From Oceanobacter sp. (GTDB lineage Bacteria > Pseudomonadota > Gammaproteobacteria > Pseudomonadales > Oceanobacteraceae): 64,000 bases of DNA. The notes under the pieces are model-generated. The model was not told the DNA's origin and ran no database searches. It worked only from the letters and a program-made list of their open reading frames with translations. Both the position numbers and the translations under genes were made by a program. The stretch is taken from positions 6,528-70,527 of the forward strand of contig JAILXU010000002.1 in NCBI GenBank assembly GCA_045430275.1. The letters run 5' to 3'. This document shows positions 39,076 through 48,929 of this stretch, in pieces (within the stretch, counting starts at the first letter, position 1; each line of letters opens with the position of its first letter).

Positions 39076-40125
39076 TTGTGTGTGACACGTCCTCGCATTG
39101 CCATTTTGTACACTGGCGGCACCATTGGCATGCTGCCCGGTTCCCAAGGGCTGACTCCGGTTGCCGGAGCGCTGGCTGAACGGTTGCAGCAGGAACCTCG
39201 CCTGCAGTCTTCCCATGTGCCTGAATTTGAACTGCTGGAATACGACCCGCTACTGGATTCTTCCGAGATGCAACCGCAGCACTGGCAGCGCATGGCCGAT
39301 GATATTCGAGCACGAGAATCCAAATTCGACGGTTTTCTGATTTTGCACGGCACCGACACCATGGCCTATACCGCCTCGGCGCTGTCGTTTCTGCTGCCGG
39401 GCATCGAGAAAGCCGTGATTCTGACCGGCTCGCAATTGCCACTCTCGGAGCCGCATTCTGACGCCCACGACCATCTGATCGAAGGTCTGATGCTGGCAGC
39501 GCAGCCAGCATGCCAGGGCGTGCAGTTGCTGTTTCATCACACGCTATGGCCCGGCAACCGGGTTACCAAAACCTCATCGGTAGCACTGGGGGCGTTCTCG
39601 GCCCCGAATGCCCAGCCGTTGTGGGAAATGAACACGCGTTATGGCCCGGTGCTTGATCCTGTTACTCCAGCCGACACTTCTACAAAGCCAAACCCGTCAT
39701 CGCTCCCGGTGTTGCACACGGCGCTGCAACCTCGCCAGATCGGCGTGCTGCCACTGACACCCGGCTTGCCATTGAGCATGCTGGAGCATTACTTCCAGCA
39801 ACCGCTGGACGGCGTGATTCTGCAAACTTTTGGTGCCGGTAATGCACCGCAGCAGCCGGAGTTTCTGGCACTGTTGCAGCGTGCCTGCGATGCCGGAACC
39901 GTGATCATCAATATCAGCCAATGCCCGCACGGTGGTGTCGATATGGGCACCTACGCCACCGGTTCAACGCTGGCCAGCACCGGCGTGATCAGTGGTTTTG
40001 ATATGACGCTGGAAGCCTGCTACACCAAATTGCTGGTGCTGCTGAACGCCGATCTGGATGTGCGTCAGATACGCCGTTTGATGCAGCAGAATCTGTGCGG
40101 AGAGCTGACGCCACCGTCGTCATAA
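39076..40125 (+). CDS. ansA: L-asparaginase type I
   Basis: YTGGTIGM, LLDSSEM, HGTDTMAYTAS, TGSQLP, QTFGAGN, DMTLEA; start TTG 39076 or GTG 39082. Confidence 0.9.
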   Translation: MCVTRPRIAILYTGGTIGMLPGSQGLTPVAGALAERLQQEPRLQSSHVPEFELLEYDPLLDSSEMQPQHWQRMADDIRARESKFDGFLILHGTDTMAYTASALSFLLPGIEKAVILTGSQLPLSEPHSDAHDHLIEGLMLAAQPACQGVQLLFHHTLWPGNRVTKTSSVALGAFSAPNAQPLWEMNTRYGPVLDPVTPADTSTKPNPSSLPVLHTALQPRQIGVLPLTPGLPLSMLEHYFQQPLDGVILQTFGAGNAPQQPEFLALLQRACDAGTVIINISQCPHGGVDMGTYATGSTLASTGVISGFDMTLEACYTKLLVLLNADLDVRQIRRLMQQNLCGELTPPSS

Positions 40126-40214
40126 ACCCGACTTCCAGCACGTCTGTCATCACAATCACCACAAGTCTGTGGCAGACTGGACGCCGCTTTTAATGACTGA
40201 TTCGGAGTTTCTTG

Positions 40215-40769
40215 ATGTTACAACGCGTTGCGATCTACTGTGGTTCCCGCATGGGCCACGATGCCAAATACGCCGAAGCCGCTGCCGCACTGGCAACGTA
40301 TCTGGCCAACGAAGGCATTGGCATTGTGTACGGTGGCAGTCGCAGCGGTCTGATGGGCGTGGTGGCTGATGCCGCCCTGGCTGCTGGTGGCGAAGTTATT
40401 GGTGTCATGCCCGCCAATCTGGAGCAAAAAGAAAACACACATCCCGGTCTGACCGAAACCCATTTCGTCGATAACATGCACCAGCGCAAGGCCATGATGG
40501 CCAATCTGGCCGACGCCTTTATCGCCCTGCCCGGCGGCATCGGTACGCTGGATGAACTGGTGGAAATCTGGTGTTGGGCCAAGATTGGCGACCACAACAA
40601 GGCCTGCATCTGTTACGACGTCGACCACTTCTGGCAGCCCTTTTTCGATCTGCTGACCCACATCGACCAACAGGGTTTTGCTCACCCCGGCAGTGCCATG
40701 CTGCGCTCCGACCAGCCATCCGGGCTGCTGCAGTTATTGCGTGAACACACGCCATCCATACAATCCTGA
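40215..40769 (+). CDS. LOG family protein (TIGR00730-type nucleotide phosphoribohydrolase)
   Basis: YCGS, VYGG, GLMG, MHQRK, PGGIGTLDEL. Confidence 0.9.
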   Translation: MLQRVAIYCGSRMGHDAKYAEAAAALATYLANEGIGIVYGGSRSGLMGVVADAALAAGGEVIGVMPANLEQKENTHPGLTETHFVDNMHQRKAMMANLADAFIALPGGIGTLDELVEIWCWAKIGDHNKACICYDVDHFWQPFFDLLTHIDQQGFAHPGSAMLRSDQPSGLLQLLREHTPSIQS

Positions 40770-40884
40770 CACCGACCATTGCGGGTAATTTTTGCACCGA
40801 TCAAGCCGCCAGAGCAGTGTTCCCATCGATCAGATTGGTTATGATCAAGGCTCCCGTTAACAGGATATAAACAGGAGAAACACC

Positions 40885-41205
40885 ATGCTGATCAGTAATA
40901 TGGAAGTCGTGCCGGGCAAGAAGATTGTCAAGCATCTGGGGCTGGTTCAAGGCAGTACCGTTCGGGCCAAGCACGCCGGGCGGGATTTCATGGCCGGACT
41001 GAAAAACATCTTCGGCGGCGAGCTGCGGGGCTATACCGAGTTGCTGACCGAATCCCGCGACGAAGCCATGGAGCGCCTACAGGAACAAGCCGAAGCCATC
41101 GGTGCCAACGCCATCGTCAATGTGCGTTTTTCCACCTCTTCCATCGCCGCCGGCGCGTCTGAAATCTTCGTGTATGGAACCGCCGTTGTTGTTGAGGAGC
41201 GCTGA
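40885..41205 (+). CDS. YbjQ/UPF0145 family protein
   Basis: LGLVQGSTVRAKHAGRDFMAGLKNIFGGELRGYTELL, GANAIVNVRF, YGTAV. Confidence 0.92.
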   Translation: MLISNMEVVPGKKIVKHLGLVQGSTVRAKHAGRDFMAGLKNIFGGELRGYTELLTESRDEAMERLQEQAEAIGANAIVNVRFSTSSIAAGASEIFVYGTAVVVEER

Positions 41206-41207
41206 TT

Positions 41208-41717
41208 ATGGGAGCTCTGATCAACCTGATTATCTTTTTAGTGCTGATGACGCTGGGCTATGTGTTTGGCCGCATGGCCGAAAACCGACATTACCGCAGC
41301 ATCCGCCAGCGTGAAGAGGAAATGCGCACGCTGCTGGTGATTCCGCAAAAGTACCCGTCGCCACAGTATGCCCGCCATCACAGCGAGCTGGTCAGTGGCA
41401 ACGTAGTGATCTCCGTCGATTACTTCAAAACCTTTGTAGCCGGTTTGCGTGGTTTCTTCGGGGGCCGAATCGGTGCCTACGAAAGCCTGCTGGATCGAGC
41501 TCGCCGGGAAGCGGTACTGCGCATGCAGGAGCAAGCCAAGGTGCTCGGTGCCGATGCGGTCTATAACCTCAAGTTCGAGACCGCTCGCATTGGCCAGAAT
41601 GCCGGGCAAGGGCTTGGCTCAGTGGAAGTCCTCGCCTACGGCACCGCCCTGCTGCCACCGCCGCCAAACAATCACAGTCCAAACGCTCACAACACCATCT
41701 CTTACCAGCAACCATGA
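41208..41717 (+). CDS. YbjQ family protein with N-terminal membrane anchor
   Basis: N-terminal TM; LVSGNVVISVDYFK, FFGGRIGAYESLLDRARREA, YGTA. Confidence 0.85.
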   Translation: MGALINLIIFLVLMTLGYVFGRMAENRHYRSIRQREEEMRTLLVIPQKYPSPQYARHHSELVSGNVVISVDYFKTFVAGLRGFFGGRIGAYESLLDRARREAVLRMQEQAKVLGADAVYNLKFETARIGQNAGQGLGSVEVLAYGTALLPPPPNNHSPNAHNTISYQQP

Positions 41718-42601
41718 CCGAACCCGAGCTGCCCAGCGCCAATCCGAAACCACCGGAGCACATCAACAATCGTTACGAGCATCCATTCAAGGACTTGCTG
41801 GTGCTGGTTGTTGGTGTGGTCGGCATTTTGGTGCTGGCTACCCTGCTGCTGAGCTGGACAGCTTCGACTCTGGCACCGCTGCTGCCTTATGAGTGGGAAG
41901 TCAGCTTGCTGCAATCCGATGCAGAGACACAAAACCTGACTCAACCTCAGGCCAGCAGTCAGATTCAGAGCCAAAACCATGACGCTATTACAACCGAACT
42001 GGCCGCTCTACTGCAGCGCGTCACAGGCCCGGATGCTCTGCCTACCCGCCTGCATTACCTGCCCGATCAGGATATACCAAACGCCTTCGCCACCCTGGGC
42101 GGCCATATTTTTGTGACGCGGGGTTTGCTGGAAAGTGTTGAATCGGAAAACGGCCTTGCCATGGTGCTGGCGCATGAATACGCCCATGTGGCATTGCGCC
42201 ACCCCATCACACTGATGATGGAACAACTGTCGATTGGCTTTGTACTGACCATGATTGGCAGCGATAACGTCGCGCAACTCATCGCTCAAAATACAGCGGC
42301 GGTAACAGCCCTGTCTTTCAGCCGGGAGATGGAACGCGCCGCTGACCGCTACGCATTGGAAGCCTTGCAATGCCATTACGGCCACACAGTTGGTGCGGAT
42401 GAGTTTTTTCTGAACATTCAGGAACAGCATCAGCCCTTCGAGAGCGACAGCCGCTGGCAGCAAATGCTGCAAACACATCCACTGACCAGCGAACGCATCG
42501 AGGTGATACGCTCCGGTGCCCGGATGGGAGAGCTGACACCGCTGCCGAAAGCGTTGCGAATCACACTCTCAACACCCGACAAGACCAGCGATATTCAATA
42601 A
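41714..42601 (+). CDS. M48 family zinc metallopeptidase
   Basis: PNAFATLGG, VLAHEYAHV, FSREMERAAD, THP. Confidence 0.88.
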   Translation: MTEPELPSANPKPPEHINNRYEHPFKDLLVLVVGVVGILVLATLLLSWTASTLAPLLPYEWEVSLLQSDAETQNLTQPQASSQIQSQNHDAITTELAALLQRVTGPDALPTRLHYLPDQDIPNAFATLGGHIFVTRGLLESVESENGLAMVLAHEYAHVALRHPITLMMEQLSIGFVLTMIGSDNVAQLIAQNTAAVTALSFSREMERAADRYALEALQCHYGHTVGADEFFLNIQEQHQPFESDSRWQQMLQTHPLTSERIEVIRSGARMGELTPLPKALRITLSTPDKTSDIQ

Positions 42602-42607
42602 ACAGCA

Positions 42608-43420
42608 TCAACGCACAAACGGCTGAGCCAGCAAACGATCCAGACGCGCATCCCGCAGATGTCGGAAGTATGGCAACCCCAGAATCATGCTCTCGTGGCC
42701 GTCTCGTGGCTGGGCACGATAGGTGCCGAACCAGCGATCCCAGCACGACAGGTTAAAGCCAAAGTTGCTGTTGGTTTCGTCGGTATGCCAGGAATGATGC
42801 ACTCGATGCATATCCGGTGTCACTACCAGCCAGCGCAGTTTGGCATCCAGTTGTTGGGGCAAGCGAATATTGGCGTGATTGAACATCGCCATCACATTGA
42901 GCCAGATTTCAAACACCAGCACCGCCAGTACCGGCACTCCCAACACCGTGATTACCACCGCTTTGATCAGCATCGACAGCAGGATTTCCAGCGGGTGAAA
43001 ACGCAGCCCGCTGGTCACGTCCAGATCAACATCCGCATGGTGCAAGCGATGCAAACGCCATAACAACGGCACATGATGGAACAGCCAGTGTTGCGCCCAG
43101 ATCAGGCCATCGAGCACCACCAGAGCCAATATTAATGTCATCAACGGCCACGCCGATGATAGGCCCGTCAGATGAAACAGCCCCCACTGGTACTGCTCGG
43201 CCAGTAAGGCAACCCCCACTGCCGCGCCCGGAAACAGCAGCCGCAACACCAGGCTATTAACCACCACCAGCCCCAGATTATTGAGCCAGCGATAGGATTT
43301 CGGTGCATCCAGTGGGCGTCTGGGACGATACAACTCCCAGACCACCATCACGGCGAAAATGCCAACAAAAGGCACCAGTCGCAACAGCGGTTCGTGTTCC
43401 ATCCAGGTGTTCATCAGCAA
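42608..43420 (-). CDS. Sterol desaturase / fatty acid hydroxylase family protein
   Basis: His boxes HWLFH, HRLHH, HAN, HRVHH; overlaps the arsM stop. Confidence 0.88.
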   Translation of the reverse strand: MLMNTWMEHEPLLRLVPFVGIFAVMVVWELYRPRRPLDAPKSYRWLNNLGLVVVNSLVLRLLFPGAAVGVALLAEQYQWGLFHLTGLSSAWPLMTLILALVVLDGLIWAQHWLFHHVPLLWRLHRLHHADVDLDVTSGLRFHPLEILLSMLIKAVVITVLGVPVLAVLVFEIWLNVMAMFNHANIRLPQQLDAKLRWLVVTPDMHRVHHSWHTDETNSNFGFNLSCWDRWFGTYRAQPRDGHESMILGLPYFRHLRDARLDRLLAQPFVR

Positions 43421-44445
43421 CAGGGGGCCTCGTCATCCGCGACCTTGAACGGCACTCCCGAGCCACAGCCTTCAAACGCACCAAAGTGCTGGCTGAAGTC
43501 ACCAATAAACTGGAAGTGTTCGGCAAAGCGAGTGTCGTGCAGCACCATCCAGGTGTTACCACACACTGGGAAAACCCGACCACGTTCAATGGCATGGTGC
43601 GCATCCAGATCAAAACGATCAGGCGATTGCGGCACCGTGCCCTGATAAATCACCGCCTGTCCGTAGTCTTCGCATTCGCTTTCCAGTTGATCCAGTTTGA
43701 ACAGGCGATAGGTGGCCGAGAAGAACGTCAGATTCCCAATGCGGGCCGCCAGCTTGCTGTCGGTGATTTCCAGTTGCCGATCTTCCACCAGTCGGGGATC
43801 AAGAAAGCCACTGTTGTTGGCCAGATGCAGAAAGTCGTTGTAATACAGAGCGCCACCGAGGCATTCACCATACAGCACCGGATCAAACCGCACCGCTTCC
43901 GGTACCCGCCGGTCGGCGTACACATCGGAAAAGTAAAATTCACCGCCGGGTTTCAGCAGTCGATGAACGCCGTCCAGCACAGCGGCCTTGTCGGGCGACA
44001 GGTTCACCACGCAGTTGGAGACAATGACATCAAACGATTCCGGCTCCAGATCCAGTTCGTCCAGACGCTCGATATAGCCCTTGATAAAACGCACGTTATC
44101 AAACCCGAAGGCATCGGCATGCCAGGCCTGATGCTGCTCGGCCACCGCCAACTGCTCATCGGTCATATCCACGCCGACGACTTCACCGTCCGGGCCAGCC
44201 AGTTGTGCCAGCGCGTATACATCCCGGCCAGAACCGCAGCCAAGATCGAGAATGCGCCGCCCTTCCAGTTGCGTCGGACACACCAGACCACAACCGTAAT
44301 AACGGGACAGTACCTCAGGGTGAATGCGTGACAACAAGGGTTTGAGCCATTCGGGCATGGCGCTGGCATCGCAACAGGCACTGGTTTTCAGATCGTCGCT
44401 GCCTTGCAGTTGTTTACCGTAATAATCCTGAACAATTTCATGCAT
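43414..44445 (-). CDS. arsM: As(III) S-adenosylmethionine methyltransferase, long AS3MT-like form
   Basis: KTSACC, YYGCG, LDLGCGSGRD, VSNCV, GECLGGAL (positions of the four conserved Cys), CEDYGQ, C-terminal CC. Confidence 0.85.
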   Translation of the reverse strand: MHEIVQDYYGKQLQGSDDLKTSACCDASAMPEWLKPLLSRIHPEVLSRYYGCGLVCPTQLEGRRILDLGCGSGRDVYALAQLAGPDGEVVGVDMTDEQLAVAEQHQAWHADAFGFDNVRFIKGYIERLDELDLEPESFDVIVSNCVVNLSPDKAAVLDGVHRLLKPGGEFYFSDVYADRRVPEAVRFDPVLYGECLGGALYYNDFLHLANNSGFLDPRLVEDRQLEITDSKLAARIGNLTFFSATYRLFKLDQLESECEDYGQAVIYQGTVPQSPDRFDLDAHHAIERGRVFPVCGNTWMVLHDTRFAEHFQFIGDFSQHFGAFEGCGSGVPFKVADDEAPCC

Positions 44446-44492
44446 AACGGGAGGCTCCCAGGTGAGCGTGTCGTGACCAAAGATGTCTATCA

Positions 44493-44518
44493 GTCGTCAG
44501 TCAGACCCATTTCTTACA
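44493..44518 (-). promoter_or_regulatory. Candidate ECF-sigma promoter of arsM (TGTAAGAAA-N14-GAC)
   Basis: Same motif and spacing as upstream of arsS; GAC lies 48 nt before the ATG. Confidence 0.55.
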
Positions 44519-45158
44519 GTGAATATCGGGCGCGCCAGCTTGCGGGCAGATGAATCAGATCGCCGGGTTCATCAATATCATGCAGAGCGTCCAACTCTTG
44601 CAGGCTCCAGTCCAGAGCCTCAACCCGCTGGCGCGTCAGCTCGGCAACGACGGACGTGCTCCAGGGAATGTCCTCGAACAGAGAATCATCGTATTGATGC
44701 AGCCCCAACAAGGAATAACCGCCGTCACTGACCGGCACCAGACAGGCTTCGTGCTGCTCCAATGCCTGAGCCGCCTGCTGCAAACGCTCGGCAGTCAGTC
44801 CGGGGCAATCGGTGCCCATCAGAATCACCGGCTCGCCCTGTTGCGTCACCCGCTGCACCACTCGCCCCATGCGCTGGCCAAGATCGCCTTCGCCCTGATA
44901 CGACCAGTTCAGGATTTCCGGCAAAGACAGTATTTTCCACACGGGATGATGCACCGACGGGCTGACACACAACTCAACCGGGCCAACACGAGCGGCCAGT
45001 GCCTGCTGAATGGTGTGTTGCAGCAGACGGCGCGCCAGTTGTGCCGAGCCGTCCAGCCCCAGAGCGGGAATCAGGCGGGTTTTGGCAAACCCCGGCAAAG
45101 GCGCTTTGGCAAAAATAACCACTCGGGGGCGAATCGATGTCGATGGAGAAATAGTCAT
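44514..45158 (-). CDS. TIGR04282/DUF2064-type arsenosugar-cluster transferase
   Basis: IFAKAPLPGFAKTRL, QGEGDLGQRM, MGTDCP, PVSDGGYSLLG, PWST, DIDEPGD; start placed at ATG 45158 (ATGA overlap). Confidence 0.85.
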   Translation of the reverse strand: MTISPSTSIRPRVVIFAKAPLPGFAKTRLIPALGLDGSAQLARRLLQHTIQQALAARVGPVELCVSPSVHHPVWKILSLPEILNWSYQGEGDLGQRMGRVVQRVTQQGEPVILMGTDCPGLTAERLQQAAQALEQHEACLVPVSDGGYSLLGLHQYDDSLFEDIPWSTSVVAELTRQRVEALDWSLQELDALHDIDEPGDLIHLPASWRARYSL

Positions 45159-45919
45159 ATGTAGAGCTTCGCTAACTGTTCTGCAGAAACACCGCGCCAG
45201 TACGCCCAACGCAGTCGCCACATCAAAAAAATCGTGCGCCAGACACCGTAGTCCATCCAGCGACGCCCTGACGTTGTCACCTGAGCACACAAACACTGTG
45301 GATGCTCATAGCGACGCAGGCGTTTGGACAACTCAATGTCTTCCATCAGAGGTTGATCCGGGAAGCAGCCCACCTGCTCAAAGCGGTCACGCCGCATAAA
45401 CATCGCCTGATCGCCCGTGGCAATGCCACTGAGGCGAGAACGCAGGTTGATCATAAAACCGACTACGCGCAGCATGTGGGCCGAGCCACTGACAGAGACG
45501 TCAAAACGGCCCCAACTGCCGTGCTCCAGTGCTTGCTGCAGGTGCTTTATAGCCTGTGGTGGCAAGCGGGTGTCGGCGTGCAGAAACAGCAAACATTCAC
45601 CGTAGCTGGCTTGCGCTCCGGCATTCATTTGCCGAGCACGGCCACGAGACGAATGCACCACCCGGAATCCGGCGGCTTCCGCCATACTCACCGAGGCATC
45701 CTCACTACCGCCATCCACCAGCACGATTTCAAGGGCGGGGTATTCTGCTTGCAGAGAAGACAAATGCACCAGCAACTCTGGCAGACTGCTCTGCTCGTTC
45801 AGCATCGGGACGATGACCGATAGAGATGCAGGCACAGACGACAGAACAGACACAGACGACAGAACAGACACAGACGACAGTGACCCGGCGCTAGCGGGTT
45901 TGATTAAGTTGCCAGTCAT
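45155..45919 (-). CDS. TIGR04283-type GT2 glycosyltransferase
   Basis: SVIVPMLNE, VDGGSED, GRARQMNAGA, LFLHADT, GIATGDQAMF, LMEDIELS, SGRRW; start uncertain (45919 or 45934). Confidence 0.85.
   Translation of the reverse strand: MTGNLIKPASAGSLSSVSVLSSVSVLSSVPASLSVIVPMLNEQSSLPELLVHLSSLQAEYPALEIVLVDGGSEDASVSMAEAAGFRVVHSSRGRARQMNAGAQASYGECLLFLHADTRLPPQAIKHLQQALEHGSWGRFDVSVSGSAHMLRVVGFMINLRSRLSGIATGDQAMFMRRDRFEQVGCFPDQPLMEDIELSKRLRRYEHPQCLCAQVTTSGRRWMDYGVWRTIFLMWRLRWAYWRGVSAEQLAKLYI
45833..45880. repeat. 18-bp tandem repeat x2.7 encoding (LSSVSV)n
   Basis: CACAGACGACAGAACAGA at 45833 and 45851, partial copy at 45869. Confidence 0.85.
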
Positions 45920-46727
45920 AATCCAGAAATCCAATATCCAGTTCTTCCTTCAGCAAACGCGCCTTGTCAGTGGCTGACAACCCCAGTGCATCGGCATAGT
46001 GAGCCAGAAAATCTTCCAGCCTCTGATAACCGTGCCAGCCGCGTTCAAAGTCCTGGCGATACCATTTGAAAATGGACGACACCATCAGGTCGTCACCTGT
46101 CAGCCGGTTCTGCTGACGATTGGCCAGAAACAGACGCGTTTGCTGCTCTAGCTGTTCTTTCAGGTGTGCGCCGGTATAGGCTTCGGCACGCAGTGGCGGG
46201 CAACCAATGCTGGCGCAGTTAACAGCAAAGTGAATCAGCGGGTTGTTGTAACGTCCCGAACCTCGAATCAGGTCGTGTTCGATATTATCCAGCGTCTGCT
46301 TGCTGCCCAGCAGCGGTGCCAGCGCCCGGCTCCAGGGCGAGCGCAGCCAGTTTCCCAGATCCTTGATCGACTCCAGATCCGGCCATGTGCCCAGAATCAG
46401 CTCCACCGTCCAGGCGTTGTAGGCATTGATCAGAAACGCCAATTGCTCGTCGTGTGACCAGCCATCAAACTGCGCCTGTTTAACCGCCGCCAGATCATCC
46501 AGATAGCGCTTCAGCACCTGCCGCTGATCGGCCACGCCCTGATAATTCACGGCGGTGGATTGGCCACCGTCATCAGACACCACGTTGGCCTGCAACAAGC
46601 GATTCCAGGCGCTGTGGTCAAACGCTTCTGCTGCCCCAGATTCTCTTACCCCTTCGGCCAGAGAAGCAGAACACCACAAACACAGTGCCAGCATCAGGCT
46701 GCTGTAACTCTTATGCTTAGTGAGCAT
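45891..46727 (-). CDS. Exported DUF547 domain protein
   Basis: Signal peptide; LAFLINAYNAWT, LDNIEH, IHFAVNCASIGCP, SSIFKWY, YDWQLN; start placed at ATG 46727. Confidence 0.88.
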   Translation of the reverse strand: MLTKHKSYSSLMLALCLWCSASLAEGVRESGAAEAFDHSAWNRLLQANVVSDDGGQSTAVNYQGVADQRQVLKRYLDDLAAVKQAQFDGWSHDEQLAFLINAYNAWTVELILGTWPDLESIKDLGNWLRSPWSRALAPLLGSKQTLDNIEHDLIRGSGRYNNPLIHFAVNCASIGCPPLRAEAYTGAHLKEQLEQQTRLFLANRQQNRLTGDDLMVSSIFKWYRQDFERGWHGYQRLEDFLAHYADALGLSATDKARLLKEELDIGFLDYDWQLNQTR

Positions 46728-48897
46728 CGCCGCGTCTCCAACTGTGGTATTTTTCCAGCCAGCCCAGAATGCGCTCGGGCGCATGAGCACGCTTCCACTC
46801 GCCCGCCGCGTATTTGTTGGCTTCGGCCCAGGTCGGATAGGCATGAATGGTGCCGAGTATCTTGTTCAGGCCAAGGCCGTGTTTCATCGCCAGCACGAAC
46901 TCAGCCATCAGATCACCGCCGTGTTCGCCCACAATGGTGACGCCCAGAATCCGATCCTTGCCCGGTGTGGTCAGCACCTTGACGAAACCGTGCGCCGCAC
47001 CGTCGGTGATAGCACGATCCAGATCATCCAGACCGTAACGTGTGACTTCGTATTCAATCCCCTGGGCCTGTGCGTCCTGTTCATTCAGACCCACACGGGC
47101 AATTTCCGGGTCAAGGAAGGTCGTCCAGGGAATCACCCGGTAATCCACCTTGAATTTTTTCACGTGACCAAACAGCGCATTGACCGCCACGTACCAGGCC
47201 TGATGCGCTGCCACGTGGGTGAACTGGTATGGCCCAGCCACATCACCCGCGGCGTAAATATTCGGATACAGGGTTTCCAGATACTCGTTGGTGACGATGG
47301 TGCGATTGGTTTCAATCCCCAGTTCTTCCAGACCGTAGCCTTGCAAGCGTGCTTCCCGCCCGACGGCACAGAGTAACTGGTCGAATTCAATCGCCTGTTC
47401 CGTCGCCGGGTCTGATGAACCGGATGGCATCACTATCAAACGCTTGTTGCCGGTCTCGGCATCGAGTTCGCAACGCACCGCCTGATGGCCGGTCATCAAG
47501 CTCACACCATCGCGGCTCAGTGATGCCGCTGCCAGTTCGGAGACTTCTTTATCTTCACGGGCCAGCACCCGTGCTCCCCGCTCCACCTGAGTGACCTGCG
47601 AACCCAGTCGGGCAAAGCTCTGGGACAACTCACAGCCAATCGGGCCGCCGCCGAGCACCACCAGGCGCTTCGGCGCGTCGTCCAGTTCGGCAAAGGTTTC
47701 CCACAAGGTGTCACTGGTGACGTAGCCGGTGTCTTCGATACCCGGCAGTGGTGGTACAAACGGTCTGGCTCCGGTGGCCAGCACAATCGAACGCGTGGTC
47801 AAACGCTGCACGCCACCGTCATTCAGGTGAATTTCCACCGTCCACGGGTCAATCACCCGCGCGTAGCCTTGCAGCACTTCCACGCCCAGATTGGTGTAAC
47901 GCTCCACGCTGTCGTGAGGCTCAATCGCCTTGATCACGTCATGCACTCGCGCCATCACCTTGCGGAAGGAAAAACGCGCCGGTTGCGATTCCAGCCCGTA
48001 ATGATCTGCATGCTGCATCTGGTGCGCGACCCGAGCGCTTTTGATCAGCGCCTTGCTCGGCACACAGCCGTAATTCAGACAATCGCCGCCCATTTTGTTG
48101 GACTCGATCAGCGTGACTTTGGCTTTTACCGCCGCCGCAATGTAAGCGCTCACCAGACCACCAGCACCGCCGCCAATCACCACCAGATTACGATCAAACT
48201 GCTTCGGCCTCGTGTGTTTGGCGTACACCCGGCGCGCCTTGATCACCGACAGAATTTTTTTGGCGATCAGCGGGAAAATGCCCAGCAGCGCGAACGACAA
48301 CAGCAGCGACGGTGACAGGATGCCCGACAGACTGTCGAGCTGAGCCAACTGGGTTCCGGCATTCACGTACACCAGCGTGCCTGCCAGCATCCCAACCTGA
48401 CTGACCCAGTAGAAGGTCGCGGCCCTGATTGGCGTCAGTCCCATCAGCAAATTAATCAGAAAGAACGGGAACACCGGCACCAGACGCAGCGTGAACAGAT
48501 AGAAGGCACCGTCTTTTTCGATCCCGTCGTTCACCGCCTGCAAACGATCACCAAAGCGCTTCTGCACGCTATCGCGCATCAGATAACGCGACGCCATAAA
48601 CGCCAGCGTTGCGCCAATCGAACTGGCAAAAGACACCAGTACCGTTCCCCAGGCCAGTCCAAACAAGGCACCCGCCGCGATGGTCATAACCGCTGCACCG
48701 GGCAGTGAAAGTGCTGTCACCAACACATACAACAACAGAAACAGACCACCCGTCAGTAACGGTGCGGCACTGCGCTGGGCTTCAAAATCCGCCAATCCCT
48801 GTTTCAATCCATCCAGGGTCAACAGCAGATGCACATCCAGTGCAAAAAAAGCCACGATGGCGACGCCAATCGCAAGCAGTAAGGCAATTTTTTTCAT
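46717..48897 (-). CDS. TVP38/TMEM64 (VTT/DedA) membrane domain fused to a class I pyridine nucleotide-disulfide oxidoreductase
   Basis: SLPGAAV and LRLVPVFPFFLIN; then GGGAGG, GGDCLNYGCVPSK, GGGPIGCE, AAGDV, HAYPT. Confidence 0.9.
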   Translation of the reverse strand: MKKIALLLAIGVAIVAFFALDVHLLLTLDGLKQGLADFEAQRSAAPLLTGGLFLLLYVLVTALSLPGAAVMTIAAGALFGLAWGTVLVSFASSIGATLAFMASRYLMRDSVQKRFGDRLQAVNDGIEKDGAFYLFTLRLVPVFPFFLINLLMGLTPIRAATFYWVSQVGMLAGTLVYVNAGTQLAQLDSLSGILSPSLLLSFALLGIFPLIAKKILSVIKARRVYAKHTRPKQFDRNLVVIGGGAGGLVSAYIAAAVKAKVTLIESNKMGGDCLNYGCVPSKALIKSARVAHQMQHADHYGLESQPARFSFRKVMARVHDVIKAIEPHDSVERYTNLGVEVLQGYARVIDPWTVEIHLNDGGVQRLTTRSIVLATGARPFVPPLPGIEDTGYVTSDTLWETFAELDDAPKRLVVLGGGPIGCELSQSFARLGSQVTQVERGARVLAREDKEVSELAAASLSRDGVSLMTGHQAVRCELDAETGNKRLIVMPSGSSDPATEQAIEFDQLLCAVGREARLQGYGLEELGIETNRTIVTNEYLETLYPNIYAAGDVAGPYQFTHVAAHQAWYVAVNALFGHVKKFKVDYRVIPWTTFLDPEIARVGLNEQDAQAQGIEYEVTRYGLDDLDRAITDGAAHGFVKVLTTPGKDRILGVTIVGEHGGDLMAEFVLAMKHGLGLNKILGTIHAYPTWAEANKYAAGEWKRAHAPERILGWLEKYHSWRRGDAH

Positions 48898-48929
48898 TAT
48901 TCAGACTCCATCCAAGACTCGATTTGAAA

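Noticed and set aside
46717-48897. Mercuric reductase merA
   Set aside because: No C-terminal Cys-Cys, no NmerA domain and no mer genes nearby
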